A DNA stretch of 64,000 nt from Dehalococcoidia bacterium. GTDB lineage: Bacteria > Chloroflexota > Dehalococcoidia > UBA2979. The stretch is from contig OZ253555.1 of NCBI GenBank assembly GCA_965262725.1, positions 3,264,001-3,328,000 of the forward strand, given 5' to 3'. A program made the translations under genes and the position numbers. Under the pieces are notes generated by a model. The model ran no database searches. It worked only from the letters and a program-made list of their open reading frames with translations, and was not told the DNA's origin. Positions 1 to 12,046 of this stretch are shown here, piece by piece; position 1 is the first letter of the stretch; every line of letters starts with the position of its first letter.

Positions 1-198
1 TCGAGCTCCGCGTCGCTGGGTGCCGCGGTCCCGATGCGCATCCCGCGGCGCAGCTGGCGCGAGTCGGCGGCGACGACCTCGACGGGAAGCACGCGCGCGA
101 GCGCGACGGCGGCCTCCGTCTTCCCCGAAGCGGTGGGCCCGAGCAGAGCGAGAAGCGGTCCCCGGGCCGGGGCGCGATCGGCGGCCTGCATGGATCAA
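1..198 (-). CDS. miaA: tRNA dimethylallyltransferase, N-terminal part (runs off window)
   Basis: Not in the ORF track. Manual translation from a TTG overlapping the tpiA stop gives [20 protein letters not shown]...[21 protein letters not shown], matching the MiaA P-loop and DSxQxYxGMxIGTAKP motifs. Confidence 0.85.
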   Translation of the reverse strand, partial: MIHAGRRSRPGPGTASRSARAHRFGEDGGRRRARARASRRGRRRRLAPAAPRDAHRDRGTQRRGAR

Positions 199-980
199 CC
201 GCCTCCGGCCGCCGCCACCCCGCGGCAGATCGCCGCGAACTCGGCCGCCCTCAGCGAAGCGCCGCCGACAAGCGCACCGTCCACGGAGGAGAGGCCGGCC
301 AACTCGCCAGCGTTCGCCGCGTTCACCGAGCCACCGTAGAGCACGCGGCAGGCAGCCGCCGCTGCCGCGCCGAAGCGCTCCGCCACGATGCGGCGCACGG
401 CCGAGCACCCCTCCCCCGCCTGGGACGCCGTCGCGCTCTCGCCCCTCCCGATGGTCCACACCGGCTCGTAGGCGACCGCCACGCGGCCGTCGGGCCCGCC
501 CACGCCCTCGAAGGCCGCGAGCAGCTGCCTCCGGAGCACTGCCTCGGTCTCGCCGGCCTCCCGCTCGCCGGCGGTCTCGCCGACGGCGAGGAGCGGGCTG
601 AGACCGGCCTCCAGCACCGCGGCGAGGAGGTGCGCGGTCGCCCGGTCGCACTCGTGGAAGAGCTGGCGGCGCTCGGAGTGACCGACGAGGACGTAGTCGA
701 CGACGCCCGCGATCTGCTGCGCGCTCACCGCACCGGTGAAAGCACCCTCGCGCTCCCAGTGCGCGTGCTGGGCGCCCACGCGGAGGGTGCTGCCGGCCAG
801 CAGGTCGTGCGCATCGGCGAGCCACGGCGCGGGCGGGAGGATCACGACCTCGACGCCGGCGAGGCCGTCGAGCTCCGAGCGCAGCTCCCGGAGCAGCGCG
901 CGCGCCTCCTCGCGGGTCGTGTGCATCTTCCAGTTGCCGCCCACGAGCGGACGCCACCCATCCGCCCGGCCGCCCGGCAC
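195..980 (-). CDS. tpiA: triosephosphate isomerase (start approximate)
   Basis: GGNWKM, GHSERR, AYEPVW, YGGSV and LVGGASL motifs. The ORF-track N-terminus overlaps apgM and is probably spurious. Confidence 0.95.
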   Translation of the reverse strand: MPGGRADGWRPLVGGNWKMHTTREEARALLRELRSELDGLAGVEVVILPPAPWLADAHDLLAGSTLRVGAQHAHWEREGAFTGAVSAQQIAGVVDYVLVGHSERRQLFHECDRATAHLLAAVLEAGLSPLLAVGETAGEREAGETEAVLRRQLLAAFEGVGGPDGRVAVAYEPVWTIGRGESATASQAGEGCSAVRRIVAERFGAAAAAACRVLYGGSVNAANAGELAGLSSVDGALVGGASLRAAEFAAICRGVAAAGGG

Positions 981-990
981 CCGCACCCGC

Positions 991-2211
991 CTACGCCCCG
1001 TACTTGGCGAGCCGCCCGGCGTGCGCGAAGGCGAGCGGCAGCACATCGCGCGCGGGTATCGTCCCGAGGCCGCCGCGCGCGCACTCACCCTCGCCGAAGC
1101 CGTGGGAGTCATCGACGCGCACGTGGCGGCCCCACATCAGCAGGGGAACCGGGTGCCATGAGTGCGCCGCCATCGTCGCCGGCGTCGAGTGATCGCCCGT
1201 CACGACGAGCACGTCGGGCCGGAGTTCGAGCAGGCGGGGGAGCACACTGTCGAAGTCATGGATCGCCCGCGCCTTGCGCGCGAAATCGCCGTCCTCCCCC
1301 GCGGAATCCGTGTGCTTCCAGTGCACGAAGAAGAAATCGTACTCCTCCCAGTGGCGGCCGAGCGCCGCGATCTGCGTGTCTATCGATTCTCCGGCGTCGA
1401 GGACGTCCATGCCGACGAGCCGCGCCAGGCCCCGGTACATCGGGTAGGTGGCAACGGCGGCCGCCCGGAGCCTCCACAGATCCGGAAGCTGCGGCAGCTC
1501 CGGGCGCGTCGCCCAACCGCGCAGCGTGAGGGCGTTCGCCCTTTCCCGCGTCCGGAGGAGCCGGCGGGCCTCGGCAACGAAGCCGTTCACGAGCTCCGCC
1601 GTGCGCGTGGCGGCCGGGCGGGCGGCGTCCCCCTCCTCGGCGGTCGGCTCGGCGACGAGCGGCGCCACGCCGACCTGCTGCGGATCGGTCTCCGTGATGG
1701 CAGCCGAGAGCCCCTCGCCGCGGAGCACGAGCACGAAGCGATGCTCGCGCACGGGCTGGACCACGAGATCGACCCCGGGGATCTTCACGTCGGAGAGCAG
1801 GCCGGTGATCTCCGCGGTCACCTCCGTGGCGACGCGACCGGCTCGCCGGTCGACGATGCGCCCTTCGTCGTCGACGGTGCAGAGGTTCCCGCGCGCCGCC
1901 AGGTCGCGCGGGCCGAGCTCAAGCTCGATGCCCGTCGCCTCCAGCGCACCGCGCCCGACCTCGTGGCGCAGCGGATCGAGACCGAACAGCGCGAGGTGGC
2001 CGGGACCGGAGCCGGGCGTGATGCCGATGCCGACCGGGACGCTCCGCCCGACCGCGCCTCGCTCGGCGAGGTGGTCGAGATGGGGGCTGTCCGCCTCTTC
2101 GAGCTCGGTGCGCCCGCGCGGTCCGGGCAGGCCGCCGAGCCCGTCCATGACGCACAGCACGACCTTGGTCGCGGCCGGCATCGCGAGGCGTCGGATCAGC
2201 TCGGGCTCCAT
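991..2211 (-). CDS. apgM: 2,3-bisphosphoglycerate-independent phosphoglycerate mutase (archaeal/ApgM type)
   Basis: DGLGG, PGSGPGHLALFG, GRGALEA, TGDHSTP and HSWHPVP motifs. Confidence 0.92.
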   Translation of the reverse strand: MEPELIRRLAMPAATKVVLCVMDGLGGLPGPRGRTELEEADSPHLDHLAERGAVGRSVPVGIGITPGSGPGHLALFGLDPLRHEVGRGALEATGIELELGPRDLAARGNLCTVDDEGRIVDRRAGRVATEVTAEITGLLSDVKIPGVDLVVQPVREHRFVLVLRGEGLSAAITETDPQQVGVAPLVAEPTAEEGDAARPAATRTAELVNGFVAEARRLLRTRERANALTLRGWATRPELPQLPDLWRLRAAAVATYPMYRGLARLVGMDVLDAGESIDTQIAALGRHWEEYDFFFVHWKHTDSAGEDGDFARKARAIHDFDSVLPRLLELRPDVLVVTGDHSTPATMAAHSWHPVPLLMWGRHVRVDDSHGFGEGECARGGLGTIPARDVLPLAFAHAGRLAKYGA

Positions 2212-2299
2212 GGGTCGATGCTATCAGGGGCGAGGGCTAGACCGTCACCGCGACGGCCCCCGGTTCCCGGTGGCCGTCGCGCGGCCCGGGCCGGCCCCC

Positions 2300-3487
2300 T
2301 TACGCCTCGGCGTCGAGCAGCGCCTCGACGGCGGGCAGCGGGCGCCCCTGCAGGAGCATCAGAGACGCGCCACCGCCGGTGGAGAGGTGCGTGATGCGGT
2401 CGGTGACGCCCGCGCGGTGCACGGCCGCCGCCGTCTCACCGCCGCCGACGACGGTCGTTGCGTCGAGGTCGGCGAGCATGCGTGCCATCGCGAGGGAGCC
2501 CTCGGCGAAGCGATCGTGCTCGAACAGGCCGAGCGGCCCGTTCCAGATGACGGTGTGCATCCCCGTCAGGGAGGCGCGGAAGGCGCGGGTGGTCGCTGGC
2601 CCGGTGTCGAGGATGCGCCAGCCGGCCGGGACCCGCGTGACCGGGAGCGTGCGCACCGAACCCCCGTACGGCGAGCCGAAGGCGGCGACGACGTCGCGCG
2701 GAAGCACGATCAGCACCTGGTGGCGGGCGGCGTGCGCCATGCAGCGGGCGGCGGCATCGAGCCGCTCGTCCTCGACCAGGGAGTCGGCCACGTCTGTGCC
2801 GCCGGCCTTGAGGAAGGTGTTCGCCATCGCGCCGCCGATGCAGACGACGTCGGCCATCTCGATGAGGTTCTCGAGGATGAGGACCTTGTCGCTGATCTTC
2901 GAGCCGCCCAGCACGAGGCCGAGGGGGCGCGCGGGGACGCGCGTCACTCCCTCGAGCATGTCGACCTCGCGCTCGAGCAGCAGGCCCGCGACGGCCGGCA
3001 GGTGCTGCGCGACTCCGACCAGCGAGGCGTGCGCGCGGTGCGCGCTCCCAAAGGCGTCGTTCACGAAGAGATCGCCGAGGCGCGCGAGCGCGGCCGCGAA
3101 TGCGGGATCGTTGGCCGACTCCTCGGGGTGGAATCGGAGATTCTCGAGCATCAGGATCTCGCCGCGGCCAAGAGCCGCGACGGCCTCCTCGACATCGCTC
3201 CCGACGCAGTTGTCCGCCGCCAGCACGGGCGCGTCGAGCAGCCCCCGCAGGTGCTGGGCCACGGGGCCGTTGCGGAGTTCCGGGACGACCTCGCCGCGCG
3301 GGCGTCCGCGGTGCGACGCGATGACGATGCGGCAGCCGGCCGCGCGCAGCAGTTCGATGGTCGGCAGCGACTCCCGCACGCGCAGGTCGTCGAAGACGAC
3401 GCCGTCCTCGACCTGCACGTTGTAGTCGACCCGGAGCAGTACGCGCTTCCCGGCGACATCGATGTCGCGGACCGTCTTCTTCCGCAT
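2300..3487 (-). CDS. pgk: phosphoglycerate kinase
   Basis: RVDYNV, LENLRF, NDAFGSAHRAHAS, WNGPLG and STGGGASL motifs. Confidence 0.97.
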   Translation of the reverse strand: MRKKTVRDIDVAGKRVLLRVDYNVQVEDGVVFDDLRVRESLPTIELLRAAGCRIVIASHRGRPRGEVVPELRNGPVAQHLRGLLDAPVLAADNCVGSDVEEAVAALGRGEILMLENLRFHPEESANDPAFAAALARLGDLFVNDAFGSAHRAHASLVGVAQHLPAVAGLLLEREVDMLEGVTRVPARPLGLVLGGSKISDKVLILENLIEMADVVCIGGAMANTFLKAGGTDVADSLVEDERLDAAARCMAHAARHQVLIVLPRDVVAAFGSPYGGSVRTLPVTRVPAGWRILDTGPATTRAFRASLTGMHTVIWNGPLGLFEHDRFAEGSLAMARMLADLDATTVVGGGETAAAVHRAGVTDRITHLSTGGGASLMLLQGRPLPAVEALLDAEA

Positions 3488-3602
3488 GAGGCGGCTCCCG
3501 TCATCGCAGGGGCGGCGCCCGCCGTCCCGCGACCCGGACCAATCCTCGGAGAGGTCGGGCGCGCACGCAATCGCGCGAGGGGCGTGCCGTGGCTCGGGTT
3601 GG

Positions 3603-4676
3603 TCAGCTCTCGCGGCCGGTCACTGAGTCGGCGAAGCTGCGGCAGAGCGCCACGGCCTCGGCGCCGAGGCCCGACGCCTCGATGGCACCGAGCGCGGAGG
3701 CGCTCTCCTCGGCGGCGAGACGCGTCGCCGCGTCGCGCCCGCCGGCGCGCTCCACAAGCGCGGCGAGGTGTGCGGCCTCGGCGTCCGCGGAGGCCGGGTC
3801 GCCGAGTGGCGGCGTCGCGTAGACGGCGGCGAGCTCCCGAGCGGCCTCCGGATCCCGCTCCGAACCCGACTCCAGCGCCCAGACGACCGGGTAGCTCTTC
3901 TTCCTGGTGCGCAGATCGTCGCCTGCCGGCTTCCCCGTGATCCGCGGATCCCCCCACGCGCCGAGCACGTCGTCGACGGCCTGGAACGCGATTCCCAGCC
4001 GCGCCCCGAACTCGCGGAAGGCGGCGACGATGCGCCCCTCCGCCCCTCCCAGCAGCGCTCCCATCGCGAAGGGGCACGCGAACATGGCGGACGTCTTCCC
4101 GGCGACCATCTCGAGGTAATCGCGCGTCCCGACGTCGGCGCGCTGCTCGAACGAGATGTCGAGGTACTGACCCTCCACGAGACGCAGGCTCCCCTCGGTG
4201 AGCTCGCGCATCGCCTCGAGCACGCGACGCTCCGCGTAGCCGCGCGCCGAGAGGCGATGCATCGCGTAGTGGGCGAGCGTGAAGAGGCCGTCGCCGGTGT
4301 TGATGGCCTGGCCCGGTCCGGCGAACGTCCACAGCGCCGGGCGCTCGCGGCGCAGGCGGCTCCCGTCCACGACGTCGTCGTGTACCAGTGAGAAGGCGTG
4401 CACCAGCTCGGCGGCGGCGGCCGCAGGCGCGGCCGGCTCGGCCTCGCCGCCGACCAGCTCCGCCGCGAGCAGCAGCGCGACGGGGCGCAGCCGCTTCCCG
4501 GCGGAGCCGCCCACGGGGCGCCCCGCGGCATCCTCCCAGCCGAGGTGATAGCGCATCCAGCCGAAGAGCTCGGCTCGCCCCGATCCCACGATGTCGCGCA
4601 TCTCCGCCTCGACCAGGGTGCGGTAGCGATCGGCGCGCTCCGCGAAGGCGGCCGGAGCCTCGTGCGAGGTGCTCAT
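3603..4676 (-). CDS. polyprenyl diphosphate synthase (FPP/GGPP synthase family)
   Basis: GKRLRP, ELVHAFSLVHDDVVD..RR (FARM), GQYLD, KT and FQAVDD motifs. Confidence 0.92.
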   Translation of the reverse strand: MSTSHEAPAAFAERADRYRTLVEAEMRDIVGSGRAELFGWMRYHLGWEDAAGRPVGGSAGKRLRPVALLLAAELVGGEAEPAAPAAAAAELVHAFSLVHDDVVDGSRLRRERPALWTFAGPGQAINTGDGLFTLAHYAMHRLSARGYAERRVLEAMRELTEGSLRLVEGQYLDISFEQRADVGTRDYLEMVAGKTSAMFACPFAMGALLGGAEGRIVAAFREFGARLGIAFQAVDDVLGAWGDPRITGKPAGDDLRTRKKSYPVVWALESGSERDPEAARELAAVYATPPLGDPASADAEAAHLAALVERAGGRDAATRLAAEESASALGAIEASGLGAEAVALCRSFADSVTGRES

Positions 4677-7186
4677 TCCCGATCCTCCACTGCTCGACCC
4701 GTCCCCGCCGCGCCCGGCGGGGCGGGAGCCGGAACGAGCTCCAGCCGCGACTCCGTCGCCGCCTCCACGGCCGGGCGCGAGAAGAGCAGCGGCCGGTAGC
4801 GGCCCGCGAGCATCTCCTCGACGCAGTCATCGTAGCGCGGGTGGCCCGGGATCCCGGAGACGCCGGTGGGGAGCAACGCGAGCGAGCGATCCGGATCCCC
4901 GAGATCGATGATCTGTCGATAGACCGGGACGTTCGCGGTCTGCTCCGGACCGTCGACGAGGCTATAGCCGGCCTGGCTCACGGTGTTGACGTCGCCCCCG
5001 GTCGGGAACGGGCCCCGGGACCAGAGGCGACCGAGGACGGGGACCGCGGCCAGCGCGTGATCCAGCCTCCGGCTGTGGACCGCGCCCCAGCTCCACGCGG
5101 CGGGATCGCCGCCGAGTCGCGCGCGCAGCGCGACGATCGCGCGACCGGACGCCGCGCGCAGCAGCCGGTCGCGGTCGGCCTGATCACGGAAGAGCGGCGG
5201 CCGGGGCGACTCGAGCAGGTCGAGCAGCCAGCCCTGAATCCGGTAGTGGAAGCTCGAGTGCGGCAGGCCGCCGGCGAGGCCCCGGCCGAGAACGACGCTC
5301 GCGGCGGGGCCGGCGGCGCGCGTCGCGACGGAGCGGGCGATCTCGAGGAAGGCGCCCTCGACGATCGCGGCGGCGGCGCTCGAGGCGAGAAGGCGCCCGT
5401 CCCAGGCCTCGAGGATCTCCCGCTCACCGCCGCCGCGCGGCGGCGGTGAGCCAGCGGCGAGCAGCAGGTCGCGCAGGCGCGCCATCGGCTCCGAGCGCAG
5501 GTCGAGCTGGACCGCCGCGAGAGAGGCGGCATCGTGGCTCTCGCGCTCGGCCAGGAGCTCCGCGATGCGCTCGGCGCGCCACGACTCGCACCATTCCTCG
5601 CCGAGCTCGAGCGGCCCTCCTGGCGCCTCGTTGGCGGAGAGCACAACGCCCGAGGCGGGATCGCGCAGCCGCGGCAGCTCCGACGGATCGCGCGACGGCG
5701 GCGGGCCGGGTGACAGATCCCCGGCGCGCGGGAGCAGCCCCTCCCCGAGCTCGCGGCGCTGCACGCGGCCGACCAGGCGGTAGCCGATGTGCCCCTCCGC
5801 GTGCGCATAGACGACGTTGAAGGTCGAGCTCGGCCAGAGGTCGAGCGCCGCGTCGAAGTCCCCGATGTTCCGCGCCCGCGCCAGCGCGAGCAGCGGGCCC
5901 ACTACATCACCGGGAGCGAGAGGCGTGGCGTGGAGTGCGATCGCCCGCTCCTCGCCGGGGAGCGCCGGCCCCACGACCGGACCGTGCCGCGTCTCCAGGA
6001 CCCGCTCGACGACCGGCTTGCCGCCGCGCACGCCGATCGTCTCCACGCGCCAGCGGCCGCGCGCCCACCCCTCGGGCGTCCGGTAGCGGCCGGGATCGTC
6101 CGGGTCCACCCGCTCGACATAGCAGTCGGCGACGTCGGCGAGGCCCGCCGTGAGCCCCCATGCGAGGGCGCCGTTGTGCCCCAGGGCCACGCCGGGAAGA
6201 CCCGGGATGTCGGCTCCCGCGACCCGCAGCGTGCCTCCCTCGAGGTGCACAAGGTGGAAGAACCCCGGGAGCCGGGGCGCGAGGTGCGGATCGGCAGCGA
6301 GCAAGGGCGCCCCCGTCTGGCTGCGACCGGCCGCGACGGCGAAGGCGTTGGAGGCGCCGCCGACCGCGGGGAGGCCGGCCGCGACGCCGGCCTCGCGCGC
6401 GGCGGCGTACGCGGCTAGCAGCCGCGCGAGGGCGCCGGGAGCCTCCGCGCCCGTCACGGTGCGTCGGGCGCCCGCGGAAGCGCCCCCGCCCGGCGGAGGG
6501 AGCGGTCCGGGTTCGGCGGCGGCGGCGCCGGCGGGTCCGAGCAGCCGCAGCAGCTCTGCGCGCAGCAGCTCGGTCTCCCAGTTCGTCGCGAACGTGAAGA
6601 GCAGGAGGCGCCCGACGAGCGTCGAGTGCCACGCGCGCCAGGGCTCCGGGCGGATGCCGAGCAGCGTGAACTCGGGCGGGAGGGCCGGCAACGTCGAGAG
6701 CCCGGCGTTCACGCCACCCGCGTATGCCGCGAGCGAGGCGCGATCGAGGGAAGAAGCGGCGTCGACATCACGCTGTGCGAGCTCGGCGAGGCCGAGTCGA
6801 CGCTGGAAGCGATCGGCCTGGAGCGCACGCGCGCCGAACACCTCGGCGAGGCGTCCCGCCGCCAGCCGGCGCAGCAGCTCCATCTGGAAGAGCCGGTCCT
6901 GCGCGTGCACCAGACCCTGTCCGAAGAGCGCGTCCTCCTCCGACGAGGCGAAGAGATGCGGTACGCCGTGCCGGTCCCGGAGCACCTCGACCGGCGTGCG
7001 GAGGCCCGCCACGGTGAGGCGGCCGGAGACGATCGGGTGCGACCGCTGGCTCGCATGGCGCACGGAGGCGGCGCCGAGGCGGGCGGCTCCCAGCACGCCG
7101 GAGAGAATCGCACCCAGCGTCTGCCCGGCTCCACCGCGACGGCGCCGCTCCGGCACCGCCCTCCGCTCCGACATCGACGTCCCCAC
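4673..7186 (-). CDS. penicillin acylase family (Ntn hydrolase)
   Basis: [17 protein letters not shown], beta-subunit start SNAFAV, and DPHL. Confidence 0.9.
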   Translation of the reverse strand: MGTSMSERRAVPERRRRGGAGQTLGAILSGVLGAARLGAASVRHASQRSHPIVSGRLTVAGLRTPVEVLRDRHGVPHLFASSEEDALFGQGLVHAQDRLFQMELLRRLAAGRLAEVFGARALQADRFQRRLGLAELAQRDVDAASSLDRASLAAYAGGVNAGLSTLPALPPEFTLLGIRPEPWRAWHSTLVGRLLLFTFATNWETELLRAELLRLLGPAGAAAAEPGPLPPPGGGASAGARRTVTGAEAPGALARLLAAYAAAREAGVAAGLPAVGGASNAFAVAAGRSQTGAPLLAADPHLAPRLPGFFHLVHLEGGTLRVAGADIPGLPGVALGHNGALAWGLTAGLADVADCYVERVDPDDPGRYRTPEGWARGRWRVETIGVRGGKPVVERVLETRHGPVVGPALPGEERAIALHATPLAPGDVVGPLLALARARNIGDFDAALDLWPSSTFNVVYAHAEGHIGYRLVGRVQRRELGEGLLPRAGDLSPGPPPSRDPSELPRLRDPASGVVLSANEAPGGPLELGEEWCESWRAERIAELLAERESHDAASLAAVQLDLRSEPMARLRDLLLAAGSPPPRGGGEREILEAWDGRLLASSAAAAIVEGAFLEIARSVATRAAGPAASVVLGRGLAGGLPHSSFHYRIQGWLLDLLESPRPPLFRDQADRDRLLRAASGRAIVALRARLGGDPAAWSWGAVHSRRLDHALAAVPVLGRLWSRGPFPTGGDVNTVSQAGYSLVDGPEQTANVPVYRQIIDLGDPDRSLALLPTGVSGIPGHPRYDDCVEEMLAGRYRPLLFSRPAVEAATESRLELVPAPAPPGAAGTGRAVEDRE

Positions 7187-7273
7187 CCCGCGACCGCTCG
7201 TGGCGGGCGAGGGTACCCGGTCCGGGGCGGCGTCATCCCGCCGGCCCCGCGCCTGACCCGGCCGATCTCCCCC

Positions 7274-7813
7274 CTAGCGTCCTCCACCCGCCCCGCGGCC
7301 GAGGACGGAGGCCAGCTCCGCGAGCACGCGGTGCACGTGCCGGCGGGAGCCGGCGGCGCGACCCGAGGTGGAGGGCATGACCCAGAGCGAGGCGCCCTCG
7401 AGCTCAGAGGGCTGCCGGCCCCAGCTCCCCGCGGGGCGGAGCCCCGGGAACAGCACGTCAAACGCCCGGCCGCTCGTCAGGCAGACCGCCCGGGGCGGGG
7501 CGGCGGCGATCCGGGCGCGAAAGCCGGGCTCGGCCGCGCGCAGCTCCTTGTCGCTGACCTGGGTGCTGTCGGTGACGACCCGCTTCACGACGTCGGTGAA
7601 GCCGATCCCCTCCGAGGCCGGAAGCGAGCGATCGTCCACGGGCGCGAGGGTTCGCGCGACCAGCGGGGAGGCCGAGAGGGCGGCCCAGAATCCGTTGCCG
7701 CGGTGCGCATAATAGTGACCGCGCTCGGCCGATCGCTCGCCCGGATTGATCCCGACAAAGACCAGATCGAGCCCGGGCGCGAGGAGGTCGGGAAGGGTCT
7801 CTCGCTCCGCCAT
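7274..7813 (-). CDS. mug: G/U mismatch-specific DNA glycosylase
   Basis: FVGINPG, HYYA.RGNGFW and MPSTSG motifs. Confidence 0.88.
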   Translation of the reverse strand: MAERETLPDLLAPGLDLVFVGINPGERSAERGHYYAHRGNGFWAALSASPLVARTLAPVDDRSLPASEGIGFTDVVKRVVTDSTQVSDKELRAAEPGFRARIAAAPPRAVCLTSGRAFDVLFPGLRPAGSWGRQPSELEGASLWVMPSTSGRAAGSRRHVHRVLAELASVLGRGAGGGR

Positions 7814-7879
7814 CCGGCCCTCCCTTGCCCGATCCACGCGCCCGGATCCGGCACGGCCTGGTGCGCCCGGCCCGCCGCC

Positions 7880-8497
7880 TCAGGCGGGAGGAGACCCGCC
7901 CGTTTCGGCGATCCCGAGCTCCCCGGCGGTGATCGGCCCCTCGCGCAGGAGCACCGGCGGGTCGCGCGTGAGGTCGACGACGGTGGAGGGGCCGAGGCCC
8001 GCGCGCTCGCCGCCGTCGAGGACGAACAGCTCGTCGCCGAAGCTCCGGGCCACGCCGGCCGCGCTCGTCGCCGGCGCCTCGCCGCTGAGGTTCGCCGAGG
8101 TCGCCGCGATCACGCCACCCGCCGCGCCGATCACGGCGCGCGCGAGCGCGTCGTCGGGCTGCCTCACGCCGACCGTCCCCTCTTCCGTGACGACCGCGAT
8201 CCCGGCTCCCGCCCGTGCGCGCACGACCGCAGTCAGGGCGCCCGGCCACAGGGCGCGTACGCGATCGAGTGCGCCCGACTCGGCCAGCAGGGGCAGCACC
8301 GCCTCCACCGACTCGACGAGCAGCTGGAAGGGCTGGCCGGGGGGGCGGCCCTTGAGCGCCGCCATCCGCTCCACGGCCTCCCGATCGTCGGCCCGCGCGG
8401 CGAGTCCGTAGACCGTCTCGGTCGGGATCGCAACCACCTCACCGCGCGCAAGGGCCGACGCCACCTCCCCGAGACGATCCGGCCCGACGATCGGCAT
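7880..8497 (-). CDS. tsaC: L-threonylcarbamoyladenylate synthase (TsaC/YrdC)
   Basis: C-terminal part of ORF 7880..10621: [35 protein letters not shown]. Confidence 0.9.
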   Translation of the reverse strand: MPIVGPDRLGEVASALARGEVVAIPTETVYGLAARADDREAVERMAALKGRPPGQPFQLLVESVEAVLPLLAESGALDRVRALWPGALTAVVRARAGAGIAVVTEEGTVGVRQPDDALARAVIGAAGGVIAATSANLSGEAPATSAAGVARSFGDELFVLDGGERAGLGPSTVVDLTRDPPVLLREGPITAGELGIAETGGSPPA

Positions 8498-8599
8498 GAA
8501 CCGGCTCCGTGTTCCCCGCCCCCGGGGCGGCGGCGCGTCTCCCCGGGCCCATGCTACGATGCGCCCGTCGACGGTCCTCCCCCGAGCCACCGGAGCCCG

Positions 8600-10264
8600 A
8601 TGGTCGAGCAGACCGACGTATCCGCCCCTGCGGATCGGATTCGCATCTCCGGCGACAACGAGGTGTCGACCTATCTGGAGATCGCCGAGGCGCGCGAGCC
8701 CGGCCAGCTCCTGACCCCGGCGCCCAACGCCCCCGAGGCGGTCGTCGTGGTCGACTACGGCTCGCAGTACTCCATGCTCATCGCCCGGCGCATCCGTGAG
8801 GCGAACGTCTACTCCGAACTCGTGCCGTGGCACGCGGGACCGGAGGCCCTGGCGCATCTGCGCGTCAAGGGTTTCGTGCTCTCCGGCGGCCCCGCCTCGG
8901 TCTACGCCCCGGGCGCTCCGTCCCTCCCCTCCTACGTGCTCGCCTCGGGGTTGCCGGTGCTCGGCATCTGCTACGGGATGCAGCTCTTGACCCACGCGCT
9001 CGGCGGGCGTGTCGCACCCTCCTCCTCGCGGGAGTACGGGCACGCCGTCATTACCGTCTCCGACCCGTCGAACCCGCTCCTCGACGGGCTCCCGGCCTCG
9101 CTTCCGGTCTGGATGTCGCACGGTGACCGCATCGTCGACCTGCCTCCCGGATTCCGCTCGATCGCGCACTCCGAGAACAGCCCCGTCGCTGCGATGGCGA
9201 ACGAGACGGGCTACCTCGGTCTGCAGTTCCACCCCGAGGTGGTACATACGCCCGAGGGCGATCAGCTGCTGCTCAACTTCCTCACCAACATCGCGGGCTG
9301 CGCCGGCGACTGGACGCCCGCCTCCTTCGTGGAGGAGTCCATAGCAACGATCGCCGACCAGGTGGGTACGGGGCGGGTCATCTGCGCGCTCTCCGGCGGC
9401 GTCGACTCGGCGGTGGCGGCGACGCTCGTCCACCGCGCCGTCGGCGACCAGCTCACGTGCATCTTCGTGGACAACGGCCTGCTGCGCGCCGAGGAGGCGG
9501 AGCGGGTCGTCTCGACGTTCCGCGAGCACATGGCGATCAATCTCATCCACCTCGAGGCCCAGGAGCGCTTCATCAGCGAGCTCGGCGGCATCACCGACCC
9601 CGAGCGGAAGCGCCGCCAGATCGGCGAGACCTTCATCCACGTCTTCGAGGAGGAGGCGGCGCGCCTCGGCGAGGTCGACTTCATCGTGCAGGGGACGACA
9701 TACCCCGACGTGATCGAGTCGGCCTCGACGGGTTCCGCGGCGGCGAAGATCAAGACCCACCACAACGTCGGCGGGCTCCCCCCCGATATGCGCCTCTCGC
9801 TCGTCGAGCCGCTGCGCAACCTCTTCAAGGACGAGGTGCGGCGCGCCGGCAAGGAGCTCGGTCTCGTCGACGAGATCGTCTACCGGCAGCCCTTCCCGGG
9901 CCCCGGCCTCGCGATCCGCGTGATCGGCGAGGTGACGACTGCGAAGCTCGACATCCTCCGCCGCTGCGATTGGATCGTGATGGACGAGGTGAAGCGCGCC
10001 GCCGTCTACTACGACCTGTGGCAGGCGTTCGCCGTGCTGACCGACACGCGCACGGTCGGCGTGCAGGGCGATCACCGCACCTACGGCTACTGCGTCGCGC
10101 TGCGCTGCGTGACGGCCGAGGATGCGATGACGGCCGACTGGGCGCGTCTCCCTTACGACCTGCTCGCTCGCATCTCCTCGCGCATCGTGAACGAGGTGCC
10201 GGAGGTGAACCGCGTCGTGTACGACATCACCTCGAAGCCGCCGGGCACGATCGAGTGGGAGTAG
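8600..10264 (+). CDS. guaA: GMP synthase (glutamine-hydrolysing)
   Basis: [35 protein letters not shown] and [10 protein letters not shown] motifs. Confidence 0.97.
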   Translation: MVEQTDVSAPADRIRISGDNEVSTYLEIAEAREPGQLLTPAPNAPEAVVVVDYGSQYSMLIARRIREANVYSELVPWHAGPEALAHLRVKGFVLSGGPASVYAPGAPSLPSYVLASGLPVLGICYGMQLLTHALGGRVAPSSSREYGHAVITVSDPSNPLLDGLPASLPVWMSHGDRIVDLPPGFRSIAHSENSPVAAMANETGYLGLQFHPEVVHTPEGDQLLLNFLTNIAGCAGDWTPASFVEESIATIADQVGTGRVICALSGGVDSAVAATLVHRAVGDQLTCIFVDNGLLRAEEAERVVSTFREHMAINLIHLEAQERFISELGGITDPERKRRQIGETFIHVFEEEAARLGEVDFIVQGTTYPDVIESASTGSAAAKIKTHHNVGGLPPDMRLSLVEPLRNLFKDEVRRAGKELGLVDEIVYRQPFPGPGLAIRVIGEVTTAKLDILRRCDWIVMDEVKRAAVYYDLWQAFAVLTDTRTVGVQGDHRTYGYCVALRCVTAEDAMTADWARLPYDLLARISSRIVNEVPEVNRVVYDITSKPPGTIEWE

Positions 10265-10268
10265 CGGC

Positions 10269-11582
10269 GTGAGGGTGCTGCTGCTGGGCTCCGGCGGCAG
10301 AGAGCACGCGATCGCCTGGGCGCTGGCGCGCTCGGCGCGGCTTGCGAAGCTGTGGACGGCTCCCGGCAACGCCGGCACCGCCGACTTCGGCGAGAACGTC
10401 CCGGGCGTCCCCGTCGCCGATCCCGAGGCCGTGGCGACGCTCGTGCGCCGACTGCGCCCCGATCTGGTCGTGATCGGACCCGAGGATCCGCTCGGCGCCG
10501 GCGTCGCCGACCGCCTCGTGGTGGAGGGCGTGCCGGTCTTCGGACCCACGGCGGCTGCCGCCGAGATCGAATCCTCCAAGGCCTTCGCCAAGGGCCTGAT
10601 GTCCCGCGCCGGCATCGCCACCGCTGCGGCGCGCTCCTTCGCCGACGCGGCCGCCGCCGTCTCCTACCTGCGCGAGCTCGCTCCCGGCGACCGGGCCGCG
10701 GGTTCGGGCGTCGTGGTCAAGGCGGACGGCCTGGCCGCCGGCAAGGGCGTCACCGTCTGCGACACGCTGGCCGAGGCGGAGGCCGCCGTCGAGTCGGCGT
10801 TCTCCGGCGTCTTCGGCGCCGCCGGGGAGCGCGTCCTGATCGAGGAGCGGCTCAGCGGCCGCGAGACCTCGGCCCACGCCTTCACCGACGGAGCGAGCGT
10901 CGCGCACATGCCGTTCTCCTGTGATCACAAGCCCGTCTTCGACGGCAACCGCGGGCCGAACACGGGCGGGATGGGCTGCTACTCGCCCCCGGGCTGGCTC
11001 GACGCAGGCGATATCGAGCGAATCGAGCGCGACGTGACGGAGCGGGCCATCGCACAGCTGGCGGCGGAGGGGCGGCCCTACCGGGGCGTGCTCTACCCCG
11101 GCTTGATGATGACTGAGGAGGGCCCGCGCGTCATCGAGTTCAACAGCCGCTTCGGCGACCCGGAGACCGAGGTGCTGCTCCCCCGGCTCCAGACCGAGTT
11201 GCTCGCGATCTTCGAGGCGGTCACCGCGAACCGGCTCGGCGAGCTCGAGGTGGAGTGGGATGAGCGCGCCACGGTCGGCGTGATGATGGCCTCGCCCGGC
11301 TACCCCGGCTACTACCCGCGCGGCGCCGAGATCACCGGCACCGACGCGGTCGACCCCGAGGTCCACGTCTTCTTCGCCGGCGCCGAGCGCGCAGAGAGCG
11401 GCCGACTGGTGACGGCCGGCGGCCGCGTGCTCTGCGTCGTCGCGGCGGGCGACACGCTTCGGGAGGCGCGCGCGCATGCCTACGACAATGTCGCACGCAT
11501 CTCCTTCGACGGCGCCCACTACCGGAGTGACATCGCTCTCGACGCGGGGCCCGTTCAGGTGGGCAGCGGCGCCTCGTCGTGA
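10269..11582 (+). CDS. purD: phosphoribosylamine-glycine ligase
   Basis: [27 protein letters not shown] and [10 protein letters not shown] motifs. Confidence 0.97.
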   Translation: MRVLLLGSGGREHAIAWALARSARLAKLWTAPGNAGTADFGENVPGVPVADPEAVATLVRRLRPDLVVIGPEDPLGAGVADRLVVEGVPVFGPTAAAAEIESSKAFAKGLMSRAGIATAAARSFADAAAAVSYLRELAPGDRAAGSGVVVKADGLAAGKGVTVCDTLAEAEAAVESAFSGVFGAAGERVLIEERLSGRETSAHAFTDGASVAHMPFSCDHKPVFDGNRGPNTGGMGCYSPPGWLDAGDIERIERDVTERAIAQLAAEGRPYRGVLYPGLMMTEEGPRVIEFNSRFGDPETEVLLPRLQTELLAIFEAVTANRLGELEVEWDERATVGVMMASPGYPGYYPRGAEITGTDAVDPEVHVFFAGAERAESGRLVTAGGRVLCVVAAGDTLREARAHAYDNVARISFDGAHYRSDIALDAGPVQVGSGASS

Positions 11583-12046
11583 GCGACGGCGGGGCGGCGG
11601 CGCCCGCCGTGCGCTGCCCGATGCGGGAGTGCCGCCGGGCCATCTCGCTCGGCGCCCTGCCGGCCTTCCCGGAGCCGGTTCCGCGCGCGCCCTGCCTGCA
11701 CTTCATCGCGGCGTGGGGGCCAGCTCCCGATCGCGCGCCGCTCGCCGAGGAGGCGCTCTTCGCCCTGGAGGGAAACCGCGAGTTCGTGATCCGCAGCCTC
11801 AGAGCCCGGGACGTCGCCCCGCGAGCGCTCGACGCGCGCCGCCTCGAGATCGAGGCGGCGTGCCGCCGCTTCGCCCACGCCATCGACGCCGATGGGTGCC
11901 CTCACCCATCCGGTGACGTACCATCCAAGGGTTCCGCAAGTTGGGGCGTGCTCTTCGGGGACCCCTACGAGCGCGACGCGGTCGCCCGGGAGTTTGCGCG
12001 GCTGCTTCTGGGTGCTGCCCCGGACGGCCGGGGAAGCTGGCCATGA
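11579..12046 (+). CDS. hypothetical protein, Cys/His-containing, coupled to purD and purB
   Basis: Fills the purD-purB gap exactly, with GTGA and ATGA start/stop overlaps. Contains CPMREC...CLHF. Confidence 0.6.
   Translation: MSDGGAAAPAVRCPMRECRRAISLGALPAFPEPVPRAPCLHFIAAWGPAPDRAPLAEEALFALEGNREFVIRSLRARDVAPRALDARRLEIEAACRRFAHAIDADGCPHPSGDVPSKGSASWGVLFGDPYERDAVAREFARLLLGAAPDGRGSWP

Noticed and set aside
6626-10621. Very long ORFs 6626..10264 (1212 aa) and 7880..10621 (913 aa) as fusion proteins
   Set aside because: The extensions are stop-free antisense shadows of real genes in high-GC DNA. Only the guaA and tsaC parts have motifs.
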